Shown: in pieces, positions 1 to 9,579 of the stretch
How positions within the stretch are numbered: position 1 is the stretch's first letter
Layout of the letters: every line of letters starts with the position of its first letter
DNA from: Macrostomum lignano
Taxonomy: Eukaryota
Assembly (NCBI GenBank): GCA_002269645.1
Contig: NIVC01003982.1
Coordinates: 1 to 64,000 of the forward strand
DNA length: 64,000 bases
Direction: 5' to 3'
Notes under the pieces: model-generated
What the model saw: only the letters and a program-made list of their open reading frames with translations
Database searches by the model: none
Told to the model about the DNA's origin: nothing
Translations under genes and position numbers: made by a program

Positions 1-475
1 AAGTATCTGTACTGAATGTCTGTAATGAAGTGCGTGTCCTGAAGTTTCTGTCCTGAAGTGTCTGTCCTGAAGTGTCTGTTCTGAAAAAGGTATTAATCAC
101 TTAAAGTAACCGAAAAATGTTTTTAATGCATACTAAATAAATTTTACTAAGACTGATTTGAGGAGCTCGTACTACTTAATATTCTTCAGTAGTATACCAG
201 TTTTTGCATTTGAATATCCATTTTCTGTATTGTTACGCTCGTATACTCGTAAACAGGGCTTTGAAAGTCTTTGCTTGAACTTCATTTGAAATTTGAGGAT
301 TTTGAAACCTCGTGTCTCAAATCTCATGCAACTCCTAAAATTAAAGAAATTTAAAATTGGAGTAGAAGTTTTAACTAGCGTCAAATGACTCCATTAAACG
401 GCGATTACAATTAGTAATAAATTCGTGTATTACCTCGATTTGGAGATTAATTCTATACATGAGACAGCTACCGTA

Positions 476-641
476 TGTGAGTCAGGGTCGCATGTGTACT
501 TTACTTATGTACATCGGGCCACGCCCAATCAATATGAATCGGAGGGGTGCTGCACCCCAAATATATATTCACTGGTTGCGGGCTCTTGTGAGAGTCGTAT
601 TATTTCCACCTCGCGCTAACCGTCCGAGTTTACTCACTACA
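476..641 (+). repeat. 5' LTR of outer Gypsy element (166 bp)
   Basis: About 97% identical to 7728-7894; TG...CA ends; followed by PBS-like TGGCGTC. Confidence 0.93.
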
Positions 642-738
642 ATGGCGTCGCAAGCCGCGACTGATAACAGCCATGACACAGCAATTTCACTAGCGCCACC
701 CGGCCGTTTGCAACAGACGGCGACACTCACACAGCGGC

Positions 739-3700
739 TTGGGCTCGCAGGTTGAGACCTACATCGCAGCGGCCGAATCTCTGACTGACGAGAAAAGGGC
801 GCAGCAGCTGCTTCTTTATGCGGCCGGAGAAGAACTGCAGAATGTAGTTGAAGAGAACCAGATCGCGGCAGGTGAGGGTTACAAGGATCTCGTGAAGGAC
901 AACACTGGACGGAAAGAACAAATTGTCTTCCTCCGCTTCAAATTTGAGACCTGTCGACAGCAGGCAGAAGAGTCAGTGGACCAGTGGCACCAGCGGCTGC
1001 GCAAGCAGCCGACGCCTGCAACTTTTGACAGCTGCGAGACTCTCTCATTCGCGACAAGATAGTCGCCTACTGTTCATCTGAGAGGCTGCAACGAGACCTG
1101 CAAACTAAGTACATCTTGCTTGACGAAGTCCTAAAAAGGGCGAGAGCAAAGGAAGCAGCAGAGTGCTATGGAAGCGGAGGCGCTGAAAGAATCGCAGCAC
1201 CAACACCTGGCGGCAATCCGCAGGCAAAACATGGGAAAAACAGCCTGATAGATCAAGCTGCAACCGGTGCGGCAGGTCTGGGCACGCCAACTGCGAAGCA
1301 GCCCGTGGCAAGACTTGTAGACGCTGTGGTAAGCCCGGACACTTCGCACGAGCTTGTCGGTCTCAGCGTGAGCCATCGAACTCAGCGGCGGTAGCTCTTC
1401 TCGAGAACAGTGGCGAGTCAGACTGCCGCCAGCCTAACGACTCCCAGGACCGCGAAATCTTCGAGCTGGGTCGGCCCGTGCAGTCGGCTAGCGTGGAGGC
1501 GGAGATCAACGGCACCAAAACTAGCGTGCTCATCGACAGCGGCGCCTCACGCAACGTCATGAACGAGAAAACGCTCGAAAGTCTGCGAGACCGACCGGAG
1601 CTGCGGCCCTCAACGGAAAAGCTGTTCGCGTATGGAAGCGACCGACCGATGAAGCTGCTGGGCAAGGTTGAAATCAGCGTCAGAGATTTTTGGGGCAGCA
1701 ATCATCGCTGTTTTCCATGTAGTAGAAGACCGCAGTGTCGCCATCATCGGCAGGCAGACGTGAACGCAGATGCAGATTCTTTGAGTTGGACCGCCATCGA
1801 CACTGCATCAACCGGTGCTGCAGATTTCAGCGGCAACAAAACAATCGAGCAGCTCCTGGTGGGTATGCGAGTCAGCGGTGCAACTGAGTCCGATACGAGT
1901 ACCGCGACCATCAGCAGAATTCCGCATCGACGTGCGGCAGTGCTCGAGGGAGTCGCTGCTACACCGGCGCACCAGCTACCGTCCACATGGCTCACGGAGC
2001 CCGTCCAGTCTGTCACGCGCCATCGAAGGTGCCAATTCACTTTGCAGACGCTGTTGACAAGGAGCTGCAGGCGCTGGAAGAGCTAGGCATCATCGAACCG
2101 GTAGAAGGTCCAGCCCCGTGGGTAGCCCGCATGGTCATCGTGCCAAAGAAAGAGCCAGGAGAAGTTCGCATCACCCAAGACCTTCGGGACGTCAACCGCT
2201 ACGTAATCCGAGAGCGACATCAGATCCCAACGTTTGAGGAGGTTACGGGAGACATGTCCGGTAGTAAGTTCTTCTCAGAGGTTGACGTTGCCAAAGCCTT
2301 TTATCAGGTTCCAGTTGCCGAGAACTGCCGCAATCTACTAACGTCTCGACGCCGCGTGACTCCGTCGGCTCACCCGGCCATCCATGGGACTGTCATGAGT
2401 CGGGTCCTAGCCGGTCTGCCCAACAGAAAACGGTATTTCCCTGAATCCACAAAAATGTAAGTTAGCTCACTGCAGCATCGAATTTATGGCATGCGGCTGA
2501 AAGCAGAAGGTGTCCAAGCAACTGAGAGCAAGATTGCGGCGGTCCAGAGCTTCAAGGAGCCCGAGACAATCGGTCAGTTGCGCTCGTTCTTGGGCCTGGT
2601 CAATTTCCTGGCCGTGTTCACACGCCAGCTACCAAAGGAAGCCGAGCCGCTGAGGCGCCTGACGAGAAAAGGAGTTGAATGGGACTGGAGTGCAGAGCAA
2701 GCAGGCGCGTTCAAACGATTGAAGAGCAGCATTGCGACCCCAGCGGTCCTCGCCTTCTTCGACAGACGACTTCGCACGAGCTAATCGTCGACGCACGCGA
2801 CCCATCGGGCTAGGCGCCATCCTGGCGCAGGTGCAGAACGACGGAAGCCTGCGGCCCGTGGCGTATGCAAGCCGAACCCTCTCGAATGTCGAGCGGCGAT
2901 ATTCCCAGACTGAGAAAGAAGCACTGGCTGTAAAGTTCGGCTGCCTAAAATTTGAACACTATCTTGTCGGAGCACCCGACCACAAGCCGTTAACCTCAAT
3001 GCTCGCGATGGGATCTAGACCGCCACCCCGAATCGAGAGAATGGCGTTGCGAATTCAGCACCTGACGTTCCGCATCGAGTACCAGCCGGGCGCCTCAAAT
3101 GCAGCCGAGGTGCTGCTCAGCAGGAAGCCGTTACCAACTCTAGGCAAGAACATTGGCGAGGAGTTAGACGAGGCTTGCATCAACGCCGTGCTGTTGGCGG
3201 CCGTGCCGAACGCGCTGTTGCTAGAGGACATTCGATCATACTCGAAGGACAATCTTGTCATCCACGCGGCGATAGCAGCGATGCAAGGCGGCCGGTGGGA
3301 CACCTCCAGTTCCGAGATGAGGGCACTGCAAGCGTTGCGAGAGGAGTTGTCAGCATCAGATGGCATTCTACTACGGCAGAGACGGATCGTCGTCCCAGAG
3401 GTTTTGCAACAGCGCATGCTCGAGCTGGCGCACAGGGGACACCAATGCGCGAGAAAGACACTCGACCGGCTCAGCACTAAGGTTTGGTGGCCCAGGATGG
3501 CATCTCTTTACTTTTTTATTAGAGGCAGGGGGTTGTGTGCACCCTGGTACACTTTAAGCGACATAGGCACACAACCGGCGAGAGGCAGTACTGCCCATTC
3601 CGCCGACTCCCCTGAGCAGGCACACAAGCGCGCGATACGTACGTAGGCACACACTCACACAGGAGTGTACAGCGGCCCTAACTTTATTTTATCGTTAGGC

Positions 3701-4843
3701 ATGTACACTTCACTGCGCCTTGGGGGGGGGGGGTTGGCCTTCAAGGCCGTTAATTGCACGAGCAGAGCCAAGCCGAGATTCCAATTCAGCCCCAAATTAA
3801 TGGGACTGCACTTGGAATCGAGCCTGGGTCGCTGGCACACCAGAGCCTGCGCTAGACCGCTGGGCTACGGCCCCCCAGGGTGGCATCTCAGGCGGAAGAG
3901 TTTGTCAGGCGCTGCTAGGCTCTATTCGAGCTACGCCACTGCAGCCCACGCCCATCCCAGAGGGCGCCTGGCTTTCAATCACAGAACTCCAATATGCAAC
4001 ACTATGCTGCTGGTCTGCATAGATCGGTACTCCAGATTTCCAGAGGTGCAGTGCATGCAGACGACAACAGCGGAGGCGCTGATTCCTCGAATGCGCTCAA
4101 TGTTTGCGCGATTTGGCATTCCACAAGAACTGGTAACCGACGACGGTCCGCCCTTCTCGTCAGCGGAGTTCGGGCGCTTCCTGGCCAGCTACGGCGTCAA
4201 GCTTATCATCCCGCTCTATCCAGCGGCCAACGGCATGATGGAGAGACTCAACCGATCAATCAACAAGGTCGTGCGAGTGGCAATCGATGAGAACAAGGAC
4301 TGGAGAGCGGCGCTTGACGACTGGTTGATGGCGTACCGAAACACCCCACATGCGGCCACGGGGCGCTCGCCAGCGGAGCTGCTGATGGGTTGCCGCCCAA
4401 ATGACACCATCCCAGCCATCAAGCCGTCTCAGCGAGTCAGAATTAACGAGCAGCAGCTGCGTCAAACCGATGCCAACGTCAAGGCGACAATGAAATGACA
4501 CGCAGACCCAAAGCGTAGGCCGCGCAGCTGCGGGATCCGGGTCGGCGAAGTCGTCCTGCGGCGTCGCGTCGGAGCTCGAAAGGCACAGACCCCATGGAGA
4601 GTCGAACGAGTGTCTGGAAACTCCCTAAAGCTGCCCCGCGACGGCGCTTCCTGCTGGCGTCATTGCACAGCCGTCAAGCTGGTCACCCCAGATCCGATCT
4701 CGGACGCTCCGCCAGTGACAACGGCCGGCGCCCTTCCTGGAGATCTGGAGACTCGAGAGGGCCGCTGGCGACGCGACCGCATCCTCGTGCGGCGAAGTGC
4801 GGTGACAAGCAGTACAAGTGATTTGAACTGTCAATTTCTGTGA
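739..4843 (+). pseudogene. Fragmented gag-pol of outer Gypsy element
   Basis: Gag-like EQIVFLRFKF/CRQQAEESVDQW (739-1062). Protease LIDSGAS (about 1530). RT WVARMVIVPKK...DLRDVN...DVAKAFYQV (1987-2340) and LRSFLGLVNF. RNase H GLGAIL...AYASRTLS..E.RYSQTEKEALA. Integrase DRYSRFPEV...VTDDGPPF...PLYPAANG..ERLNR (3665-4498). Many frameshifts; the YxDD motif is missing. Confidence 0.92.
3507..3874 (-). mobile_element. tRNA-derived SINE, full length, inserted in the integrase Zn-finger region
   Basis: Minus strand begins GGGGCCGTAGCCCAGCGG (A box), has GGCTCGATTCC (B-box-like) and ends in an A-rich tail. 15 bp TSD CCAGG(A/G)TGGCATCTC at 3492-3506 and 3875-3889. The host frame KVWWPRMAS|QAEEFVRRC rejoins when it is removed. 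Homologous to 57702-58062. Confidence 0.88.
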
Positions 4844-4911
4844 ACAGCTGTCAATATCTATGAACTGTCAATTTCTGTGAACAGCTGTCAATATCTATGA
4901 ACTGTCAATTT
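4824..4911. repeat. 37 bp tandem repeat (about 2.4 copies) in the 3' UTR of the outer element
   Basis: TGAACTGTCAATTTCTGTGAACAGCTGTCAATATCTA starts at 4824, 4861 and (partial) 4898. Confidence 0.85.
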
Positions 4912-5009
4912 GTTTAAATCTTTTTTGTGACGTCGACATTTCAACTTTTAGGATCCAATATTCGTGTTTTTATTCCTCCATTACTCGTACAGTAATCCTC
5001 GAGTTTTAT

Positions 5010-5258
5010 TGTTCTGTTGTTGAATTAACGAACGCAGAAACAAGATAGATAATTATCCGGGCGCTCAGTGGCACCAAAAGAAGGGGTTGGCCAATAGGAG
5101 GGCGGCTCGTATATTTATGCACGCGGGGAAGGAAAGTTCTAGAAAGACCGGGGAAGGAAACTTCTGGAACTATGCGTAAACAAGTCCGCGGTGGAAGTTT
5201 CTAGAAACGCTGTCCCCGAACTACCCCTACGCATCGCATGCCTTTGCAATACACAACA
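5010..5258 (-). repeat. 3' LTR of nested element
   Basis: 248/249 identical to 7435-7683; TGT...ACA ends; adjacent PPT. Confidence 0.96.
5131..5207. promoter_or_regulatory. Three perfect heat-shock elements (nGAAnnTTCnnGAAn) in the 3' LTR
   Basis: gGAAagTTCtaGAAa (5131-5145), gGAAacTTCtgGAAc (5156-5170), gGAAgtTTCtaGAAa (5193-5207). They lie just upstream, in element orientation, of a TATA-like CATAAATATA (minus strand, about 5110-5119). Confidence 0.8.
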
Positions 5259-5306
5259 TTCTTCCCCTCCTTCAAGGAGTCCAACAGTCCCCAAGCTTCA
5301 CTTTAA

Positions 5307-6040
5307 TCAGTCCCAGCGGCAGTTCATGAAGCGTATCGGCGGGTGCCTGGCTCGCTCAGATCGGCGGGGCGCTGCTGTTCTCGCCGGAGGCTCCGCCGCC
5401 GGTGCCGCCGGTGCCGCCGGTGCCGCCGTGCCGGCTCCGGTCGTTGGCGCCGAGTCCACCAGTGGGTCGAACCGCTCTCTCGGCTGCGCCGGGTGCGGCG
5501 TTCGGATCAGCCGCTGCTGGTTCCATCTGGTGCCGTCGCTGAGCTCGACCGCGTGGTGTCCCGCCTGACGGAGCACTTGTAGTGGCCGTGAGAGGCGGGT
5601 ACCCAGCTTGCCCTTCTTGGTGGGCCGTCGGATTCTCACCCACTCGCCGGGGTGGAACGTCTCGGGGCGGGCCCTTCGCCTGGCATCGGTGTAGGCCTTG
5701 ATCCGCTGCTGCCGCGCCTCGATTTGCTGCCGCAGTGCCTGAGGCGTCGCCTCGGTCGTTGTCATTCCCCCGCCGGGAGACAGCATGGTGATCGCGGTGC
5801 GCCACTTCCGACCCAGCATGAGCTCGGCCGGTGACTTGCCCGTCAGGCTGTGCTTGGAGCTCCGGTAGGCAGACAAGAAGTTGGTCACGGCGTCTTGAAA
5901 CGGCCTGTTCTCCACCATGGCCGCTCTGATGCTGGCGAGTAGCGACCGATTGAGACGCTCCGTCTGGCCGTTGGTCTGCGGATGGTAGAGGCTGGTCTTG
6001 ACGATGCCCTGCTCGGCCAGGAAGTCCGAGAACTCGCTCG
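5307..6040 (-). pseudogene. Integrase C-terminal remnant of nested element
   Basis: SSEFSDFLAEQGI..TSLYHPQTNGQTERLNR...YRSSKHSLTGKSPAELMLGR...GEWVRIRRP; N-terminal catalytic Asp residues are absent. Confidence 0.9.
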
Positions 6041-7422
6041 ATGATGCCGTCCTTCTCCATCTTGTCGAGTTCGGCATCGACCTGCTCCTGTCGCGTGAGG
6101 GGCAGGCGGCGGAGTGGCTGCTGGACGGGTCGCGCTGCTGGGTCGACCTTGGGCTGGTGCACAGCGCCGGCGCAGCATCCTATCGCACCGCTGAAGGTCG
6201 TTGGGTACCGCGCCTGCAAGTCCGCCGTCAAGTCGCTGACCTCCGCGATTCCGGGCGGCTGCCCGCTAAGGTCGACTCGGAAGCCCAGCTTCTCCATCAG
6301 GTCTCTACCGACGATGTTGTCGCCGCCTGGCGCAACGAAGAACCGGTGCTGCATCGCCTTGTCGCCGTAGCGCACCTCCAGCTCGGTGACACCACTTAGC
6401 TGGATCGGCAGTCCGCCGTAGGCACGCAGCTTCGTCGTGGTGGGAGAGGTGACTGCACCTGAGATCCGGTCGGCGGTCTGTCGGGACAGCAGCGATACCC
6501 TTGCGCCGCAGTCCACCATCAGGCTGACAGCGGTCCTGTCCGGTCCGAGTTCCAGCGTCGCCCGGACCTCCCTGTCGCCACCCGGCACTGCGTAGACTGT
6601 GATCACCTCGTCCGCGGCATTGACAGCAGCCTGCTGGCTGCGACAGCAACTCCGGAAGTGGTTCTTCTTGCCACAGGTGTCGCAGGTCTTGCCCTTGGCC
6701 GGACAGGGGGTCGTCGGTCCGTGGTCTCGCCCACAGCGTGTGCAGGCGCCGCCGGGTTTGGCTGTCCTGCCAGCTGGTGCTGGGCGGTGCCTCCCCTTTG
6801 CAGCGACCTTCTGGCCCCTCGGCTGTCGGATCGATTGGACGGCTGCCGTGCTCGAGGTTGATGGCGCCATCGCCTTGGCTTCTTTGGAGGCTTCCTCGAT
6901 GGAGACCGCGATGCTGAGTGCTTTCGCCAGGTTGAGGTCCTCCACCTTCTCCGTCAGCAGCCTCTCTCGGATTCTGGGGTTACTGGTCTTCTCAGCCAGC
7001 TGGTCTCTGATGAGATCGTCCTGTATCGCGCCGTAGTTGCACAGCTCCGTCAGCTCCCTCAGGGCTGCCACGAAGGTCTTGACGTCCTCGCCGGGTAGCT
7101 GCTGGCGCTGGCGGAAGCGATATCTGGCTACCATCACGTTGGGCTTCTCGCCGAAGATCTTCTCGAGCTCCGCCTTAGTTGCTGCGAACGTGTCGTTCTC
7201 CTTGATTGCTTGGCGTGCTCGAGCAACCCGCTGACCTTCAAATCCAAGCAGATGGAGCAGAAGGCTCCTCTTCAGCGGTTTCGCCTCTTCCTTCCCTTCG
7301 GGCTCCTTGAATTGGGCCGCCTCGTAATAAAATTCAAAGGCCTCAATCCATCGGCTCCATGGTACTGTCGGTGATCCGCAGTTCGCCAGGAAGGGCGTGG
7401 GTGCAGGGATGCTAGCCGCCAT
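5356..7422 (-). CDS. Gag-protease ORF of nested element, running into an out-of-frame tail after the deletion
   Basis: ATG at 7422 (MAASIPAP). Gag with Zn knuckles CTRCGRDHGPTTPC and CDTCGKKNHFRSCC; protease LMVDCGA, IVGRDLM; start of RT region LDKMEKDGIIERV; then sequence out of frame with the integrase. Confidence 0.85.
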   Translation of the reverse strand: MAASIPAPTPFLANCGSPTVPWSRWIEAFEFYYEAAQFKEPEGKEEAKPLKRSLLLHLLGFEGQRVARARQAIKENDTFAATKAELEKIFGEKPNVMVARYRFRQRQQLPGEDVKTFVAALRELTELCNYGAIQDDLIRDQLAEKTSNPRIRERLLTEKVEDLNLAKALSIAVSIEEASKEAKAMAPSTSSTAAVQSIRQPRGQKVAAKGRHRPAPAGRTAKPGGACTRCGRDHGPTTPCPAKGKTCDTCGKKNHFRSCCRSQQAAVNAADEVITVYAVPGGDREVRATLELGPDRTAVSLMVDCGARVSLLSRQTADRISGAVTSPTTTKLRAYGGLPIQLSGVTELEVRYGDKAMQHRFFVAPGGDNIVGRDLMEKLGFRVDLSGQPPGIAEVSDLTADLQARYPTTFSGAIGCCAGAVHQPKVDPAARPVQQPLRRLPLTRQEQVDAELDKMEKDGIIERVLGLPGRAGHRQDQPLPSADQRPDGASQSVATRQHQSGHGGEQAVSRRRDQLLVCLPELQAQPDGQVTGRAHAGSEVAHRDHHAVSRRGNDNDRGDASGTAAANRGAAAADQGLHRCQAKGPPRDVPPRRVGENPTAHQEGQAGYPPLTATTSAPSGGTPRGRAQRRHQMEPAAADPNAAPGAAERAVRPTGGLGANDRSRHGGTGGTGGTGGGASGENSSAPPI

Positions 7423-7433
7423 CCTCGTCGCCA
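7419..7433 (-). other. Primer binding site matching tRNA-Ser(GCT)
   Basis: TGGCGACGAGGATGG is complementary to the ...CCATCCTCGTCG-CCA 3' end of animal tRNA-Ser(GCT) as recalled; it lies 1 nt from the 5' LTR. Confidence 0.75.
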
Positions 7434-7434
7434 A

Positions 7435-7683
7435 TGTTCTGTTGTTGAATTAACGAACGCAGAAACAAGATAGATAATTATCCGGGCGCTCAGTGGCACC
7501 AAAAGAAGGGGTTGGTCAATAGGAGGGCGGCTCGTATATTTATGCACGCGGGGAAGGAAAGTTCTAGAAAGACCGGGGAAGGAAACTTCTGGAACTATGC
7601 GTAAACAAGTCCGCGGTGGAAGTTTCTAGAAACGCTGTCCCCGAACTACCCCTACGCATCGCATGCCTTTGCAATACACAACA
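7435..7683 (-). repeat. 5' LTR of nested element (heat-shock elements at 7556-7570, 7581-7595, 7618-7632)
   Basis: Near-identical to 5010-5258 (offset 2425). Confidence 0.96.
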
Positions 7684-7727
7684 TTTATATCTGCCCTATC
7701 GTTTCATTTCTGTGAAAAGAGGAGAGA

Positions 7728-7894
7728 TGTGAGTCAGGGTCGCATGTGTACTTTACTTATGTACATCGGGCCACGCCCAATCAATATGAATCGGAGGGGT
7801 GCTGCACCCCAAATATATATTCACTGGTTGCGGGCTCTGGTGAGAGCCGTACTATTTTCCACCTCGCGCTAACCGTCTGAGTTTACTCACTACA
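7728..7894 (+). repeat. 3' LTR of outer Gypsy element (167 bp)
   Basis: Matches 476-641; preceded by a PPT. Confidence 0.93.
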
Positions 7895-8192
7895 ACGTAG
7901 GCAGCTACAGCACACAGCATCCAGCATGTACGAGTAGTTGCCATGGCTACCTATGGAGAAAGTTAAATATGGCAAAAGGTCGCCTGAGAAATGTGCCAAT
8001 AGGACTAATGAATCAAATATTCATTTCATACTTTTAATACTTGAATATTTTCAAGTATAAAAAGTGTACATGTAGGCTAGGTACATGCAACTTCACTTCA
8101 CTGGAAAGTACTTCAGGTACTTAATTTTTAATTTTGATCTGCAAATGTGTCAAAGACAAACTGGAATTACATGTATTGATCGCTACTAACAG

Positions 8193-8354
8193 CCGTGGCG
8201 GATCTAGAAGTTCATTTTGGTGGGGGGCGGTCCAAGTTTGTGGCACCAACTCGAGTATGAGAAGCGCCAAATTTTAAGCTAAGGGCGCTTAAAGGGCGCA
8301 ATATGCTTCATCAAGCTGTTTCGGCCCCCTCCCTCCCCCCTAAATCCGCCTCTG
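8193..8354. mobile_element. hAT-type MITE (162 bp)
   Basis: Imperfect TIRs CCGTGGCGGATCTAG / CTAAATCCGCCTCTG; perfect 8 bp TSD ACTAACAG (8185-8192, 8355-8362). Confidence 0.8.
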
Positions 8355-9579
8355 ACTAACAGCATTTGCATTGTTGCTATATTTATTCCTTGCTTTTGTT
8401 TACTTACCTTATTATTGCATTCTATAGGCATGACAAACTAGTTACTAGTTAAATTGGCAAATGGCAAGCGTAGGAAATTGCTTCTAAAACGTTGCATTTC
8501 GTTTGGCTCCATGTTTAAAGGGAACTAAGCCCGCCAGTCTGAGTACATTCTATGTGTACGCAGCCCTGTGTACATGCCGCGGGGTATGGGGGTTTCTATT
8601 TTTAGCACATAAGCGAAAAGCACGATATTGCAGGCAGATTTGAGAAAGAAAAATTCAGAACGATGTGGCTCGGGACAGGGGGGCAGGCGGGCAGCTTTGG
8701 GTGTAATGGATTGCAATAAAATAGAGTAGATTGTAAAGTAGATTGCTATTGCCATTGGTCCTGACACTAACTAGACCTACTAAAAATGTTAAACGTTTAT
8801 TGATTTTTATTTAGTAGACACTTTCCATAGGATCGAATGTCTCCGTTTAAAACAAGAAAATATTTATTCTTATTTTTATACTTTACGAAGCCGGACACTT
8901 TTTCGGTAATATATTAAATTCTAATAAAAATTAAACTTCGAAGGTCCTTTTAGGTTAAAGAAATGCATCATCTATCCTTGTTATAAATACAGTGGTGATA
9001 TCAAATCTACGGAAACAAATAGCTGTACGAAATTAAAACGAAAACGAAAACTCGAATGCGAGGGCAGCTTAGCTTGAAAGCTTTTTTTGTAAAAGACTGC
9101 CATTGCTTTTACTGAATTCGAAAATTCCAAGGTGGGAGTGACGAGTGAGGTATAACTTTGAACATGACAGATTTTTGCAGCCTTGTTAGTCAGAGCGGGG
9201 TTAGAGGGCAATCCGTGTTTTTACGCTCGTATGACCTTCAATTTTAATGTACACTCAAATGTACGTACCCTCTGTCGGGGACAGGGGGAAAGGAAACCCC
9301 TGGCAAGTTGTAGCGGTAAATAAAAGCGGCGCCAGATTCATCCACAGAATTACCATGGAATTTCCGTGGAATAGCCAGATAGATTCGTCAGTTCCACGTT
9401 CAACGTGCGTAAGACTTACCAGCTATAAATATGACAAAGTTTTAGCACCCAGCTGCGACCTTGCGAGTGCAATTTTGACCTCAAATTATTCAACAAAGTT
9501 TGGCTAACTAGAACTAGCTTCGATTCTCAGGTTTTTAGTATTATTAAGTATTATAAATACAACGCAAGTAATAATAAAA

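Larger units (their letters stand above)
5010..7683 (-). mobile_element. Young, internally deleted (non-autonomous) Ty3/Gypsy element nested in the outer element
   Basis: 249 bp LTRs at 5010-5258 and 7435-7683 differ at one base. Perfect 5 bp TSD TTTAT (5005-5009, 7684-7688). PBS TGGCGACGAGGATGG. PPT GAAGGAGGGGAAGAA (5259-5273). gag-PR joined directly to the integrase C-terminal half. Confidence 0.96.
476..7894 (+). mobile_element. Decayed Ty3/Gypsy LTR retrotransposon (outer element) hosting two nested insertions
   Basis: Direct repeats 476-641 and 7728-7894 (TGT...ACA; 4 substitutions and 1 indel). Flanks CCGTA/ACGTA (4-5 bp target duplication). PBS-like TGGCGTC at 643. Polypurine tract GAAAAGAGGAGAGA at 7714-7727. 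Internal gag-PR-RT-RH-IN remnants in Gypsy order. Confidence 0.93.

Noticed and set aside
9280-9370. NF-kB-like sites upstream of the IAP gene (GGAAACCCC, GGAATTTCC)
   Set aside because: Imperfect short matches expected by chance; no supporting evidence.
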